A stretch of 64,000 bases of DNA from assembly GCA_945861415.1 (NCBI GenBank), contig CAMAUV010000001.1, positions 121,194 through 185,193 on the forward strand. The letters are read 5' to 3'. The stretch comes from Akkermansia muciniphila (GTDB taxonomy: Bacteria > Verrucomicrobiota > Verrucomicrobiia > Verrucomicrobiales > V1-33). The notes below the pieces were generated by a model. That model saw only the letters and a program-made list of their open reading frames with translations. It searched no databases and was not told the origin of the DNA. A program made the translations under genes and the position numbers. Numbering within the stretch: position 1 is the first letter of the stretch; every line of letters starts with the position of its first letter. Shown here one piece after another: positions 53,305-62,258 of this stretch.

Positions 53305-53997
53305 ATGAAAGTACTGCCTTCATCAAAGCAACGATCCGACCACGCTTTAGCGGTCCTGCGCAGTCGCATCATTGATGGAGTCCTTGAGCCTGGTGCACTG
53401 CTTGCGGAGTCGGCGGCTGCGCGGGAGCTTGGCGTTAGTCGTGTGCCGGTGCGGGAGGCTTTATTTGCCCTAGAGCGCGATGGATTGGTGGAATTCAGCG
53501 GGTCAGGGCGGGCTTACGTGAAAGAGCTTTCGCCGCATGATTTTGAGGAACTACATGTGCTGCGTATAGCGATGGAGCCGGTGGCGGCCCGCCTGGCGGC
53601 CCCGGCGCTCCGGAAGGATGCTTCCGCACTGGAGAAAAACATCGAGGCCACGAGCAAGGTATCGTCGCTGATCAGGGTGACGCATCTGGATCTTGATTTT
53701 CATGACATCATACTGGAGGCGTGCGGCAATGCGCGGCTTTTGAAGCTCTGGCGCTCCATTCGCGGTGAACTGGAGCTTTGGCTCGGCCGTTTGCATCGCT
53801 CTAGGCAAGTCCAGACGCGCGGCACTCGGGCGGAGACCGTCAGGAGCCACCAGAGGCTGGCAGATGCCTTCCGAACCAAATCCCCCGCGGAATGCGAGTG
53901 TCTCATGCGCCAGCACATCCTCTGCTGGCGCGAATGGCTACCAACGATGGAGGTGCAGGCGAAATCTGTGGAAACTCCTATCTGCTGCCCCCCCTGA
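53305..53997 (+). CDS. GntR-family transcriptional regulator (FadR/FCD subfamily)
   Basis: The winged-HTH region is LAESAAARELGVSRVPVREALFALERDGLV. The helical C-terminal FCD-like domain carries His/Asp ligand positions (DLDFHDIILE). Confidence 0.88.
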   Translation: MKVLPSSKQRSDHALAVLRSRIIDGVLEPGALLAESAAARELGVSRVPVREALFALERDGLVEFSGSGRAYVKELSPHDFEELHVLRIAMEPVAARLAAPALRKDASALEKNIEATSKVSSLIRVTHLDLDFHDIILEACGNARLLKLWRSIRGELELWLGRLHRSRQVQTRGTRAETVRSHQRLADAFRTKSPAECECLMRQHILCWREWLPTMEVQAKSVETPICCPP

Positions 53998-54033
53998 ATC
54001 TGCTGGAGGCCCAATCTGAATCCGAATCCAACC

Positions 54034-55008
54034 ATGCCTACCATCGCCATCACCGACTACACCTTCCCCGATCTCAGCATGGAGGAGGGCATTTTTCGAC
54101 CTGCGGGCATCGAGGTTGTTTCCTGCAAAGAAAAGCTTTCGCCCGCTGAGCTTGCCGAACTAGTGCGTAATGCCGATGCGGTGATCACGCAGTTTGCGCC
54201 CGTGAACGCCCAGGTCGTGAACGCCATGACCAAAGCCAAAGCCATCGTTCGCTACGGCATCGGCTACGACAATGTGGACTGCGCCGCCGCCCGTGAGCGC
54301 GGCATCCCGGTGTGCAATATCCCGGACTACTGCATCGATGAAGTCGCGGACCACACGCTTGCCTTCATCCTCGCCACCACTCGCCAGGTCGTGCCGAATG
54401 CATTGCACTTGCGCGAGGGCCAGTGGGGGCTCGCCACGCCGGTGAGCGCGATGTCCGCGCTGAAGCAGCTCACCATCGGCATCTTGGGCTTCGGACGCAT
54501 CGGACGCGAAGTCGTGAAGCGGCTGCTGGCGTTCAAGGCCCGCGTGCTGGTGTTTGATCCGGTCGTGGCAGCCGATGAGATCATTAAAGCAGGCGCAGTG
54601 GCCGCGGCTTCGTTTGATGAGTTGCTCGCGCAAAGCGACATCGTCTCGCCGCATTGCCCAGTAACTCCGCAGACGAAGCAGCTCTTCAATGCCGCGACCT
54701 TCGCGAAGATGAAAACAGGGTCCATCTTCATCAACGCAGGCCGTGGCGATCTCGCCGACAGCGCCGCCGTCACTGCCGCCCTGCAATCCGGTCATCTCGC
54801 GGGTGCCGCGCTCGACGTCTTCGATCCAGAACCGGTCCCTGCTGACCATCCCATCCGGAAGATGCCCAACGTCATCCTCGCCGCGCACATCGCTTCCGTG
54901 AGTCCACCAGCGGTGAAAACCCTGCGCGAAACCGCCGCCCGCATCGCACTGATGGCCGTTCGCGGCGAGCCGCTGCCAAATATCGTCAACGGCGTGACCA
55001 CCGCATGA
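54034..55008 (+). CDS. D-isomer-specific 2-hydroxyacid dehydrogenase family protein (NAD-binding)
   Basis: It has the Rossmann motif GILGFGRIGREV and the catalytic-region motifs FINAGRGDL and AALDVFDPEP...ILAAHIAS. Confidence 0.88.
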   Translation: MPTIAITDYTFPDLSMEEGIFRPAGIEVVSCKEKLSPAELAELVRNADAVITQFAPVNAQVVNAMTKAKAIVRYGIGYDNVDCAAARERGIPVCNIPDYCIDEVADHTLAFILATTRQVVPNALHLREGQWGLATPVSAMSALKQLTIGILGFGRIGREVVKRLLAFKARVLVFDPVVAADEIIKAGAVAAASFDELLAQSDIVSPHCPVTPQTKQLFNAATFAKMKTGSIFINAGRGDLADSAAVTAALQSGHLAGAALDVFDPEPVPADHPIRKMPNVILAAHIASVSPPAVKTLRETAARIALMAVRGEPLPNIVNGVTTA

Positions 55009-55038
55009 ACACTTTGATCACCACCACTCCAACCAACC

Positions 55039-56082
55039 ATGACCACCCGTCGTTCATTCCTCACTTCCATCAGTTCCCTCGCCGCCTCACCACTGCTGGC
55101 GCGTGATTTCGGCCCCGGTGCCGCGCCGGTGCGTTATCCCGAGCCGGATGTCATCGCGCTCGATAAGGCATTCGAGAAATACAGGATCGGCTCCGCGCCC
55201 ATCGAGAGGCTGCACACCGGAATGTATTGGGCGGAAGGGCCTGCGTGGAGCGGCTGGGGGCAGTATCTCGTGTACAGCGACATCCCGAACAACGTGCAGC
55301 ATCGCTGGCTGCAGGATGACGGCGAAGTCACGACGATCCACAAGCCCGCCGGTCACAGCAACGGCAACACCTTTGACCGGGAGGGCCGGCAGATCTCGTT
55401 CGAGCACGGCAACCGGCGCGTGGTTCGCTACGAGCCCGACGACACCATCACCGTCCTCGCGGAAAAGTTCGACAGCAAACCCTTCAACGCACCGAATGAC
55501 GGCGCGGTGCATCCCGATGGCAGCGTTTGGTTCACCGACCCCGGCTACGGCAGCCTCGGCAACTACGAGGGCAACAAAGGCGACCTCTTGCTCAAAGAAG
55601 CGGTCTATCGCATCGACCCGGGCGGCAAGGTGGAGAAGGTCACGGATGAAATCTTCAAGCCCAACGGCCTCTGTTTCTCGCCGGACTACAAGAAAGTCTA
55701 TGTAGCCGACACCGGTGCCTCACACTACCCCGCGGCACCGAAGAACATCAAAGTCTGGGACATTGATGGTGCGAAACTGAAGAACGGCCGCGAGTTTGCC
55801 TCCATGAAAATGGACCTCAAAGGCAAAGAGGTCGCCGGACTCGCTGACGGCATTCGTTGCGACAAGGACGGCAACATCTGGGCCGGCATGGGCTGGGTGG
55901 GCGAAGGCTACGACGGTGTCCACATCTTCGCTCCGGAAGGCAAGCGCATCGGCCAGATCGTGCTGCCCGAAGTGTGCAGCAACGTCTGCTTCGGCGGACC
56001 GCGCCGGAACCGCCTCTTCATGACTGCGAGCCGCAGTCTGTATGCCGTGCATGTCGAGGCCATCGGTGCACATTGGTGCTGA
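55039..56082 (+). CDS. SMP-30/gluconolactonase/LRE-like lactonase with Tat signal
   Basis: The Tat signal is MTTRRSFLTSISSLAASPLLA. The motifs AEGPAWSG, SNGNTFDREGR, PNDGAVHPDGSVWFTDP and PNGLCFSPD are typical of the six-bladed lactonase family. Confidence 0.88.
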   Translation: MTTRRSFLTSISSLAASPLLARDFGPGAAPVRYPEPDVIALDKAFEKYRIGSAPIERLHTGMYWAEGPAWSGWGQYLVYSDIPNNVQHRWLQDDGEVTTIHKPAGHSNGNTFDREGRQISFEHGNRRVVRYEPDDTITVLAEKFDSKPFNAPNDGAVHPDGSVWFTDPGYGSLGNYEGNKGDLLLKEAVYRIDPGGKVEKVTDEIFKPNGLCFSPDYKKVYVADTGASHYPAAPKNIKVWDIDGAKLKNGREFASMKMDLKGKEVAGLADGIRCDKDGNIWAGMGWVGEGYDGVHIFAPEGKRIGQIVLPEVCSNVCFGGPRRNRLFMTASRSLYAVHVEAIGAHWC

Positions 56083-56118
56083 AAACCGCCGCCTGAACCC
56101 AGGCCAACCACGCCGGAC

Positions 56119-57612
56119 ATGAATGCACGCATCGTTGAAGCCGCCGACATTGTGCTTATCGGCAGCGGCATCATGTCCGCGACTCTGGCCGTGATGCTCA
56201 AGTGGCTCGATCCGCAGCTGCGGATCCAGATGGTTGAGATCACGAGTGAACTCGCGCAGGAAGCCTCGGACGGCTGGAACAACGCGGGCACGGGTCACGC
56301 GGGCATTTGTGAACTTAGCTATACCCCGGCGCGCGATGAAAGAGGTGGCGTGCCCATCTGCCGGGCGCTGCGCATATTTGAGCAGTTCGAGCACTCGAAA
56401 CAGTTCTGGGGATCCGTGGCTGCCGCTGGCATTGTGGGAGCGCCGGCGGATTTCATTCACGCGGTGCCACACATTTGTTTCGTCAAGGGAGCAGAGGATG
56501 TGGACTTTCTGCAGGCCCGCCACGCGGCGATGCTGGAGCATCACTTCTTTCGCGGCATGACACTGACCACGGACTCATCGGTCATTCACCAATGGGCACC
56601 GCTGGTGATGGAAGGCCGCGATCCCGGCCCGGTGGCGGCTACGACAGGCGATGGCACCGAGGTGGACTACGGACTGCTGGCCCGCCGCTTGTGTGGCTGG
56701 CTGGCGCAGCAGGAGCACTGCGGCATCGCCTCCGGATGGAAGGTGGCGAGCCTAAAGCGCAGCGTTGGTGAATGGCACCTCACGATGAAATGCCAGACCA
56801 CTGGCGAAAAGCGCCGGCAGCGTGCGAATTTCGTCTTCGTCGGCGCGGGCGGTGGCAGCCTGCCTTTGCTGCAATCGACCGGTCTCGCAGAAGTGGCGGG
56901 TCTTGCCGGTTTTCCCATCGGCGGCCAGTGGCTGGCGTGCGATGAGCCTTCGATCTGCTCGCGGCACGAAGCGAAGGTTTACGGTGCCACGCCGCGCTCA
57001 TCGCCCAGCCTCGGCGCGGGGCATCTCGATGTGCGGCGACTCAATGGCCAGCGCCTGCTTCTCTTCGGTCCGTTTGCCTCATGGACGACGCGTTTCCTCA
57101 AACACGGACGCTGGAGCGATCTCCCGCTCTCGATTCGTCCGAACAATCTCGGCGCGCTGCTGCAAACCGGCGCGCGCAACCTCCCGCTGGTGAAGTATCT
57201 CTTCACCCAGGGTTTGCAAGGCATGGCGGACCGCATGGAGGCCGTGCGTGCATTCTATCCCAACGCCTGTTCCGAAAACTGGCGGGTCGTGCAGGCGGGC
57301 ATTCGCGTCCAGACCATCAAGAAGCAGGATCGCGGCGCGCTGTCTTTCGACACCGAAGTGTTCTCCTCCGCGGACCGCTCGGTCTCGGCACTGCTTGGCG
57401 CTTCACCGGGCGCATCGGTTTCGGTCAATATCGCGCTCGAAGTCGTCCAGACCTGCCTGCCGCACCTGCTCGCCAGCTCTGAAGGCCAGGAACGCATGAG
57501 GCAGATGATCCCCACCTATGCCCACGACCTGAAGCAGCCCTCCAATGCGACCCTGTTCGAGAAAACCACCCGCGAGGCCGCAGAGAGGCTGCAACTCACT
57601 TTCAAACCATGA
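56119..57612 (+). CDS. mqo: Malate:quinone oxidoreductase-like FAD enzyme
   Basis: It has the N-terminal dinucleotide fold DIVLIGSGIMSATLA. The motif NNAGTGHAGICELSYTP and the length of about 500 aa match Mqo. Confidence 0.85.
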   Translation: MNARIVEAADIVLIGSGIMSATLAVMLKWLDPQLRIQMVEITSELAQEASDGWNNAGTGHAGICELSYTPARDERGGVPICRALRIFEQFEHSKQFWGSVAAAGIVGAPADFIHAVPHICFVKGAEDVDFLQARHAAMLEHHFFRGMTLTTDSSVIHQWAPLVMEGRDPGPVAATTGDGTEVDYGLLARRLCGWLAQQEHCGIASGWKVASLKRSVGEWHLTMKCQTTGEKRRQRANFVFVGAGGGSLPLLQSTGLAEVAGLAGFPIGGQWLACDEPSICSRHEAKVYGATPRSSPSLGAGHLDVRRLNGQRLLLFGPFASWTTRFLKHGRWSDLPLSIRPNNLGALLQTGARNLPLVKYLFTQGLQGMADRMEAVRAFYPNACSENWRVVQAGIRVQTIKKQDRGALSFDTEVFSSADRSVSALLGASPGASVSVNIALEVVQTCLPHLLASSEGQERMRQMIPTYAHDLKQPSNATLFEKTTREAAERLQLTFKP

Positions 57613-58376
57613 TCCGCCTCACCGACAAAGTTGCCCTCGTTACCGGAGCCGGTTCCGGCATCGGCGCCGCCATCGCCGAGTGCTTCGCGCAGGCCGGGGC
57701 GCTCGTTTTCGCCACCGACCGCGACGAAGCCGCCGCGCAACAAACCACAGCGCGGATTCGCGAGGCGGGCCATCGTGCAGAATCTCTCGCGCTCGATGTC
57801 AACGAGGAGGTGTCCTGCCTTGTCGCCGTGCGTACAGTCAATGAGAAATGCGGATGCTGCGATGTGCTCGTCAACAACGCGGGGGTCGGGCATGTCGGCA
57901 CCATTTTGACCACCAAGCCCGAAGATCTGGAAAGGCTATGGAAGGTCAATGTGCTCGGCATGTATCACCTCTCGCGTGCTGTGCTGCCGGGCATGATCGA
58001 GCGAGGCATCGGCTCTATCGTCAACATCGCCTCCATCGCCGGACTCATGGGCATGGAGGCGCGCTTCGCCTACACGACGACCAAGCACGCCGTCGTCGGC
58101 CTGACCCGTGCGATGGCCATGGACCACGGCACCACGGGCGTGCGCATCAATTGCATCTGCCCGGGCCGCGTCCGCACGCCGTTCGTGGATGCCATGCTGC
58201 GCCAGTATGAGAACCCCGGCGACTATCTCCGCCAGATGGAGGCTCCCCACGCCATGAAACGCATGGCCGCGCCCTCCGAGATCGCCTCCGCCGCGCTCTA
58301 TCTCGCCAGCGACGCGGCGTCCTTTGTCACCGGCAGCGCCATGACCGTGGATGGCGGCTACACCACCGGAAAATAG
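57609..58376 (+). CDS. Short-chain dehydrogenase/reductase (SDR)
   Basis: An ATGA overlap joins it to mqo. It has TGAGSGIGAAIA (TGxxxGxG), NNAG and YTTTKHAV (YxxxK). Confidence 0.9.
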   Translation: MIRLTDKVALVTGAGSGIGAAIAECFAQAGALVFATDRDEAAAQQTTARIREAGHRAESLALDVNEEVSCLVAVRTVNEKCGCCDVLVNNAGVGHVGTILTTKPEDLERLWKVNVLGMYHLSRAVLPGMIERGIGSIVNIASIAGLMGMEARFAYTTTKHAVVGLTRAMAMDHGTTGVRINCICPGRVRTPFVDAMLRQYENPGDYLRQMEAPHAMKRMAAPSEIASAALYLASDAASFVTGSAMTVDGGYTTGK

Positions 58377-58412
58377 AAACCACGCCTTTCACACCCTCAC
58401 CCACAACCAACC

Positions 58413-59216
58413 ATGCGCATCATCCGCCACCAGACCATCGACGGTTCCATCCACCACGCAGCCCTTCAGCCTGACGGCACCGCCCGCCGCATTGAGGGCG
58501 ACATTCCTGGCGACTTCCGCGTCATTGATGAAGTCGTCGCGCCGGGCAAGCTCCTCTCGCCGCTGCAGCCGACCGCCATTTTTTGCATCGGCCTGAACTA
58601 CCGGAAACACGCCGAGGAAAGCAACGCCGCCATCCCGCAGTATCCGGTGCTCTTCATGAAATCGCCGGGCGCGGTGCAGAATCCCGGCGATGACATTGTC
58701 CTGCCACGCCATCTCGCCAGCGATGAAGTGGACTACGAGTGCGAACTCGCCGTCGTCATCGGCAAGGCCTGCAAGAACGTCTCCAGGGCCGATGCGCTCG
58801 ACTATGTGCTCGGCTACACCTGTGCCAACGACGTGAGCGCCCGCGACTGGCAGATCAAGCGTGGTGGCAGCCAGTGGTGCCGCGGGAAGACTTTCGACAC
58901 CTTCGCCCCGCTGGGCCCCTGCCTCGTGTTGAAGGATGAGATCCCCAATCCCAACACGCTGCGCATCCAGACCATCCTCAATGGCAAAACCATGCAGGAC
59001 TGGAACACGAACGACATGATTTTCGACGTGCCCGCGCTCATCGAGTTCCTCAGTGGCAGTACCACACTTCTGCCCGGCACCGTGATCCTCACAGGCACTC
59101 CCCAGGGTGTCGGTGCGGCCATGAAACCGCCCGTCTTCCTCCAACCCGGTGACACCGTGACCATTGACATCGAAAAGATTGGCGCACTCACCAATCCCGT
59201 CGTGGCGGAAGAATAA
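58413..59216 (+). CDS. Fumarylacetoacetate hydrolase (FAH) family protein
   Basis: The motifs [24 protein letters not shown] and GTPQGVG are typical of FAH-family hydrolases/decarboxylases. Confidence 0.88.
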   Translation: MRIIRHQTIDGSIHHAALQPDGTARRIEGDIPGDFRVIDEVVAPGKLLSPLQPTAIFCIGLNYRKHAEESNAAIPQYPVLFMKSPGAVQNPGDDIVLPRHLASDEVDYECELAVVIGKACKNVSRADALDYVLGYTCANDVSARDWQIKRGGSQWCRGKTFDTFAPLGPCLVLKDEIPNPNTLRIQTILNGKTMQDWNTNDMIFDVPALIEFLSGSTTLLPGTVILTGTPQGVGAAMKPPVFLQPGDTVTIDIEKIGALTNPVVAEE

Positions 59217-59290
59217 CACCCAAACTCCAGCACTCCATAAAAACGAATCTCATCCTCCTGCTCGCCTTCACCGCCACCGCGCGGGCCCAG

Positions 59291-60931
59291 GTGCCTGCGG
59301 AGCATGTCCACGACCTGTCGCTGCCCGTTTCGCCGGAATGGCCGTGTGTGTGGCCGCTGGGTATGATGCAGCACATCACCATCCCGCGATTCACCTTTGG
59401 CCCAGGGGCTTTTCACCGCGAAACCGTCGTGCTCGACGAACACACTGGCACGCAGTGGGACGCGCCTGCGCATTTTGTGCCGCCGCCGGATTCCGGACTG
59501 CCCGGCGCGGGGCCGATGGGCCTCATTACCGGTGAAAAAGTGCCGGCGTGGCAGTTTGTGGGCGAAGCCTGTGTCATCGACGTCACCGCACATCGTGACG
59601 ACGCGCCGGGCGGCTCCAGCTTTCTCATCCGCCCCGGGCATGTGAAGGCATGGGAGGAAAAACACCGTCCGCTGCGTGCTGGCGATGTCGTGCTCTTCCG
59701 CAGCGACTACACGGACACTTACTACCAGCCGCTCAATCGCGGCGGCGTGCGTTTCGTCGTCCGTCCGCTCACCAAACTCGCGCCCGCGTGGCCCGCGCCC
59801 TCTCCCGAGACGATGAAATACCTCGGCGAAAAGGGCATCATGTCCGCCGGACTGGACGGAGCCAGCATGGGCCCGCTGCCGGACCTCGCCGTGGCCACGC
59901 ATCAGGCGGGCGGAGCGTTTGGCATGATCTGGATCGAGTGCGGCACCAACTTCAAAGCCCTGCCACCGACTGGCGCTTTCTACGCATTGCTGCCTGCCAA
60001 ACACGCGGGCGGCTCAGGCGGTGAGGCGCGGGTGCTCGCCATCACCGAACCAAAACTCGCCACCGAGCTCATCGCCGCCGCGCGTGCCAAACGCGTCACA
60101 GATGTCTCCGTCACGCTCGACAACAACCTGCCCGTGACCTGGCAAGGACACGGCCCGGGCGAGGAGGCGCAGCGCTACCTCGCCGAGCCGCTCAATCAGT
60201 TTGAAAAACCGCGTGGCCCCTACATGGCGTGGACGCACACCTTCGACAGCCAGGTGGGCACGCATGTCGTCACGCCGGCCTTCACCTTGCCGCCACCGGG
60301 CTTCGATGCGGAAAAGTTCGCGCCGGAAATCCGCCAACTGCGTGACGAGTTCGAGAAAAAGCACGGCCCACTCGGCCACAGCAGCGACACCATCGACAAA
60401 CTGCCGCTGAACAGGATGATCGGTGCGGCCCGCGTCATCGATGTGAGCAGCCTCCGCGGCAGCACCAAAGAAGCGGCCAGGCCCGCCTCCCCGTTCATCA
60501 CCGCGCAGCATGTGCTCGATCATGAAAAAGCGCACGGCCCCATCGCTGCGGGCGAGATCGTGCTCTTCCGCACCGGCTACACGGATGCGAAGTTCAAGCC
60601 GCTCCCCGATGCCCCCGCCCAGGACGAGTGCTTCGCCGCGCCGCTCGCAGGCAAGTCCGAAGGCTGGCCCGCGCTCTCGCCTGAAGCCATCGTGGTGCTC
60701 GCCGGACGCGGGGTGCGCTGCGCCGGGATCGATGCACCCACCGCCGGCGGCGTGGAGCGCGATGCATCGCTCATGACATACTGGGCCGCGGCCAGGAACA
60801 ACGTGCTGCTCGTCGAGTTTCTCATCGGTCTGGGCACCGTCCCGGAAAAGGGCGCGTGGTTCCTTTTCGCCCCCATCAAAATCGAAGGCATCCGCAGCGG
60901 CCACGGCCGGGCGCTCGTGATGCAACCCTGA
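59291..60931 (+). CDS. Tandem 'putative cyclase' (kynurenine-formamidase-like) domain protein, probably secreted, with an uncertain start
   Basis: The first domain has the metal motif HTGTQWDAPAH. The second domain is degenerate at the same position (QVGTHVVTPAF). In-frame upstream codons 59237-59290 read IKTNLILLLAFTATARAQ, a signal peptide whose first codon is ATA. The conservative coordinates use the GTG at 59291. Confidence 0.75.
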   Translation: MPAEHVHDLSLPVSPEWPCVWPLGMMQHITIPRFTFGPGAFHRETVVLDEHTGTQWDAPAHFVPPPDSGLPGAGPMGLITGEKVPAWQFVGEACVIDVTAHRDDAPGGSSFLIRPGHVKAWEEKHRPLRAGDVVLFRSDYTDTYYQPLNRGGVRFVVRPLTKLAPAWPAPSPETMKYLGEKGIMSAGLDGASMGPLPDLAVATHQAGGAFGMIWIECGTNFKALPPTGAFYALLPAKHAGGSGGEARVLAITEPKLATELIAAARAKRVTDVSVTLDNNLPVTWQGHGPGEEAQRYLAEPLNQFEKPRGPYMAWTHTFDSQVGTHVVTPAFTLPPPGFDAEKFAPEIRQLRDEFEKKHGPLGHSSDTIDKLPLNRMIGAARVIDVSSLRGSTKEAARPASPFITAQHVLDHEKAHGPIAAGEIVLFRTGYTDAKFKPLPDAPAQDECFAAPLAGKSEGWPALSPEAIVVLAGRGVRCAGIDAPTAGGVERDASLMTYWAAARNNVLLVEFLIGLGTVPEKGAWFLFAPIKIEGIRSGHGRALVMQP

Positions 60932-60942
60932 ACATCCACCAC

Positions 60943-62241
60943 ATGAGCCCCGCGCTTTCCGAACCCACCGCCGTCAATGTCCCCGCCCTGCGCCGCAAAG
61001 TCGCATGGCGCATTCTGCCGCTGGTTATCGTCCTCTACATCATCTCCTACCTCGACCGGGCGAACGTGGCCTTTGCCAAACTACGCATGGGCGAGGCGCT
61101 CGGTTTTTCCGAGGCGGTGTTCGGTTTTGGCATCGGCGTGTTTTTCATCGGCTACCTGATCCTGGAGATTCCCGGCGCATTGCTCGTCGAGCGATGGAGC
61201 GCGCGGAAGTGGTTTGCGCGCATCCTCATCACCTGGGGTTTCATTTCGGCGGGAATGGCGTTCGTGAAGACACCGGAACAGTTTTACTGGATGCGCTTCC
61301 TGCTCGGCGTGGCGGAGGCAGGGTTCTTTCCCGGCATCATCGTCTATTTCTCGCACTGGTTCGTGCAGCGCGAGCGTTCGCGGGCGCTGTCCTGGCTGCT
61401 GATCGCGGTGCCGTTCAGTCTCGCGTTTGGCGCGCCGGTTTCCTCGCTGCTGCTCGATGTGAAATGGTTCACGCTCGATGGGTGGCAGTGGCTATTTATC
61501 GTGGAGGGGTTGCCTGCGGTGCTTCTCGGCATCCTCGTGCTCCTTTGCTTCACAGATCGGCCGCGCGATGCCAAATGGCTCACCCAGGCCGAGCGCGATC
61601 ATCTCGAGGGCGAACTCGCCGCCGAGGCCGCCGCCAAGGATGCCACCGGCAAGATCTCCGCGTGGCAGGCCCTGCGTCTGCCAATGGTATGGCTGCTTGT
61701 GGTTGCCGTCATGATTGGCAATAGCGGCGGCTACGCGCTCACCTTCTGGCTGCCCACCACGGTGAAGAATCTCTCCGGCGGATCCGATCAGATGACGCTG
61801 TTTTACAGCGGTCTCTACTACTCCTGCGGAATCGTTAGCGTGCTCGTCTCCGGCTACACCGCCGACCGGACCGGCGACCGCAAATGGCACGCCGCCGGGG
61901 GCATGATGATGACCGGCATTCTCCTCCTCTGCAGCACGATTCCCGGCCAGAGTTTTGGCACGCAGATGATCTGGCTGTGCTTCACCGCGCTGGCCGCCTT
62001 CTCGTGGATCGCACCATTCTGGACGCTTCCCTCGCTCACGCTTACCGCCACAGCCGCCGCTGCTGCCACGGGCCTCATCAACATGGGTGCCAACCTCGCC
62101 GGCTATGCGGGCAATCACGTCACCGGTTGGCTCCGCACCAATGGCTACAACGAGATGCAGTGCCTCCATTTCCTGGCTGCCTGCTTTATCACCGGCGGCA
62201 TCCTCCTCACCTTCCTGCGTCTCAAACCCAAAACCGCCTGA
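60943..62241 (+). CDS. MFS transporter (anion:cation symporter-like, sugar-acid type)
   Basis: A start at ATG 60943 gives MSPALSEP...ILPLVIVLYIISYLDRANVAFAKL, the typical ACS-type N-terminus. It has about 12 hydrophobic segments. Confidence 0.88.
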   Translation: MSPALSEPTAVNVPALRRKVAWRILPLVIVLYIISYLDRANVAFAKLRMGEALGFSEAVFGFGIGVFFIGYLILEIPGALLVERWSARKWFARILITWGFISAGMAFVKTPEQFYWMRFLLGVAEAGFFPGIIVYFSHWFVQRERSRALSWLLIAVPFSLAFGAPVSSLLLDVKWFTLDGWQWLFIVEGLPAVLLGILVLLCFTDRPRDAKWLTQAERDHLEGELAAEAAAKDATGKISAWQALRLPMVWLLVVAVMIGNSGGYALTFWLPTTVKNLSGGSDQMTLFYSGLYYSCGIVSVLVSGYTADRTGDRKWHAAGGMMMTGILLLCSTIPGQSFGTQMIWLCFTALAAFSWIAPFWTLPSLTLTATAAAAATGLINMGANLAGYAGNHVTGWLRTNGYNEMQCLHFLAACFITGGILLTFLRLKPKTA

Positions 62242-62258
62242 ATCTTCGACGCCACTTC

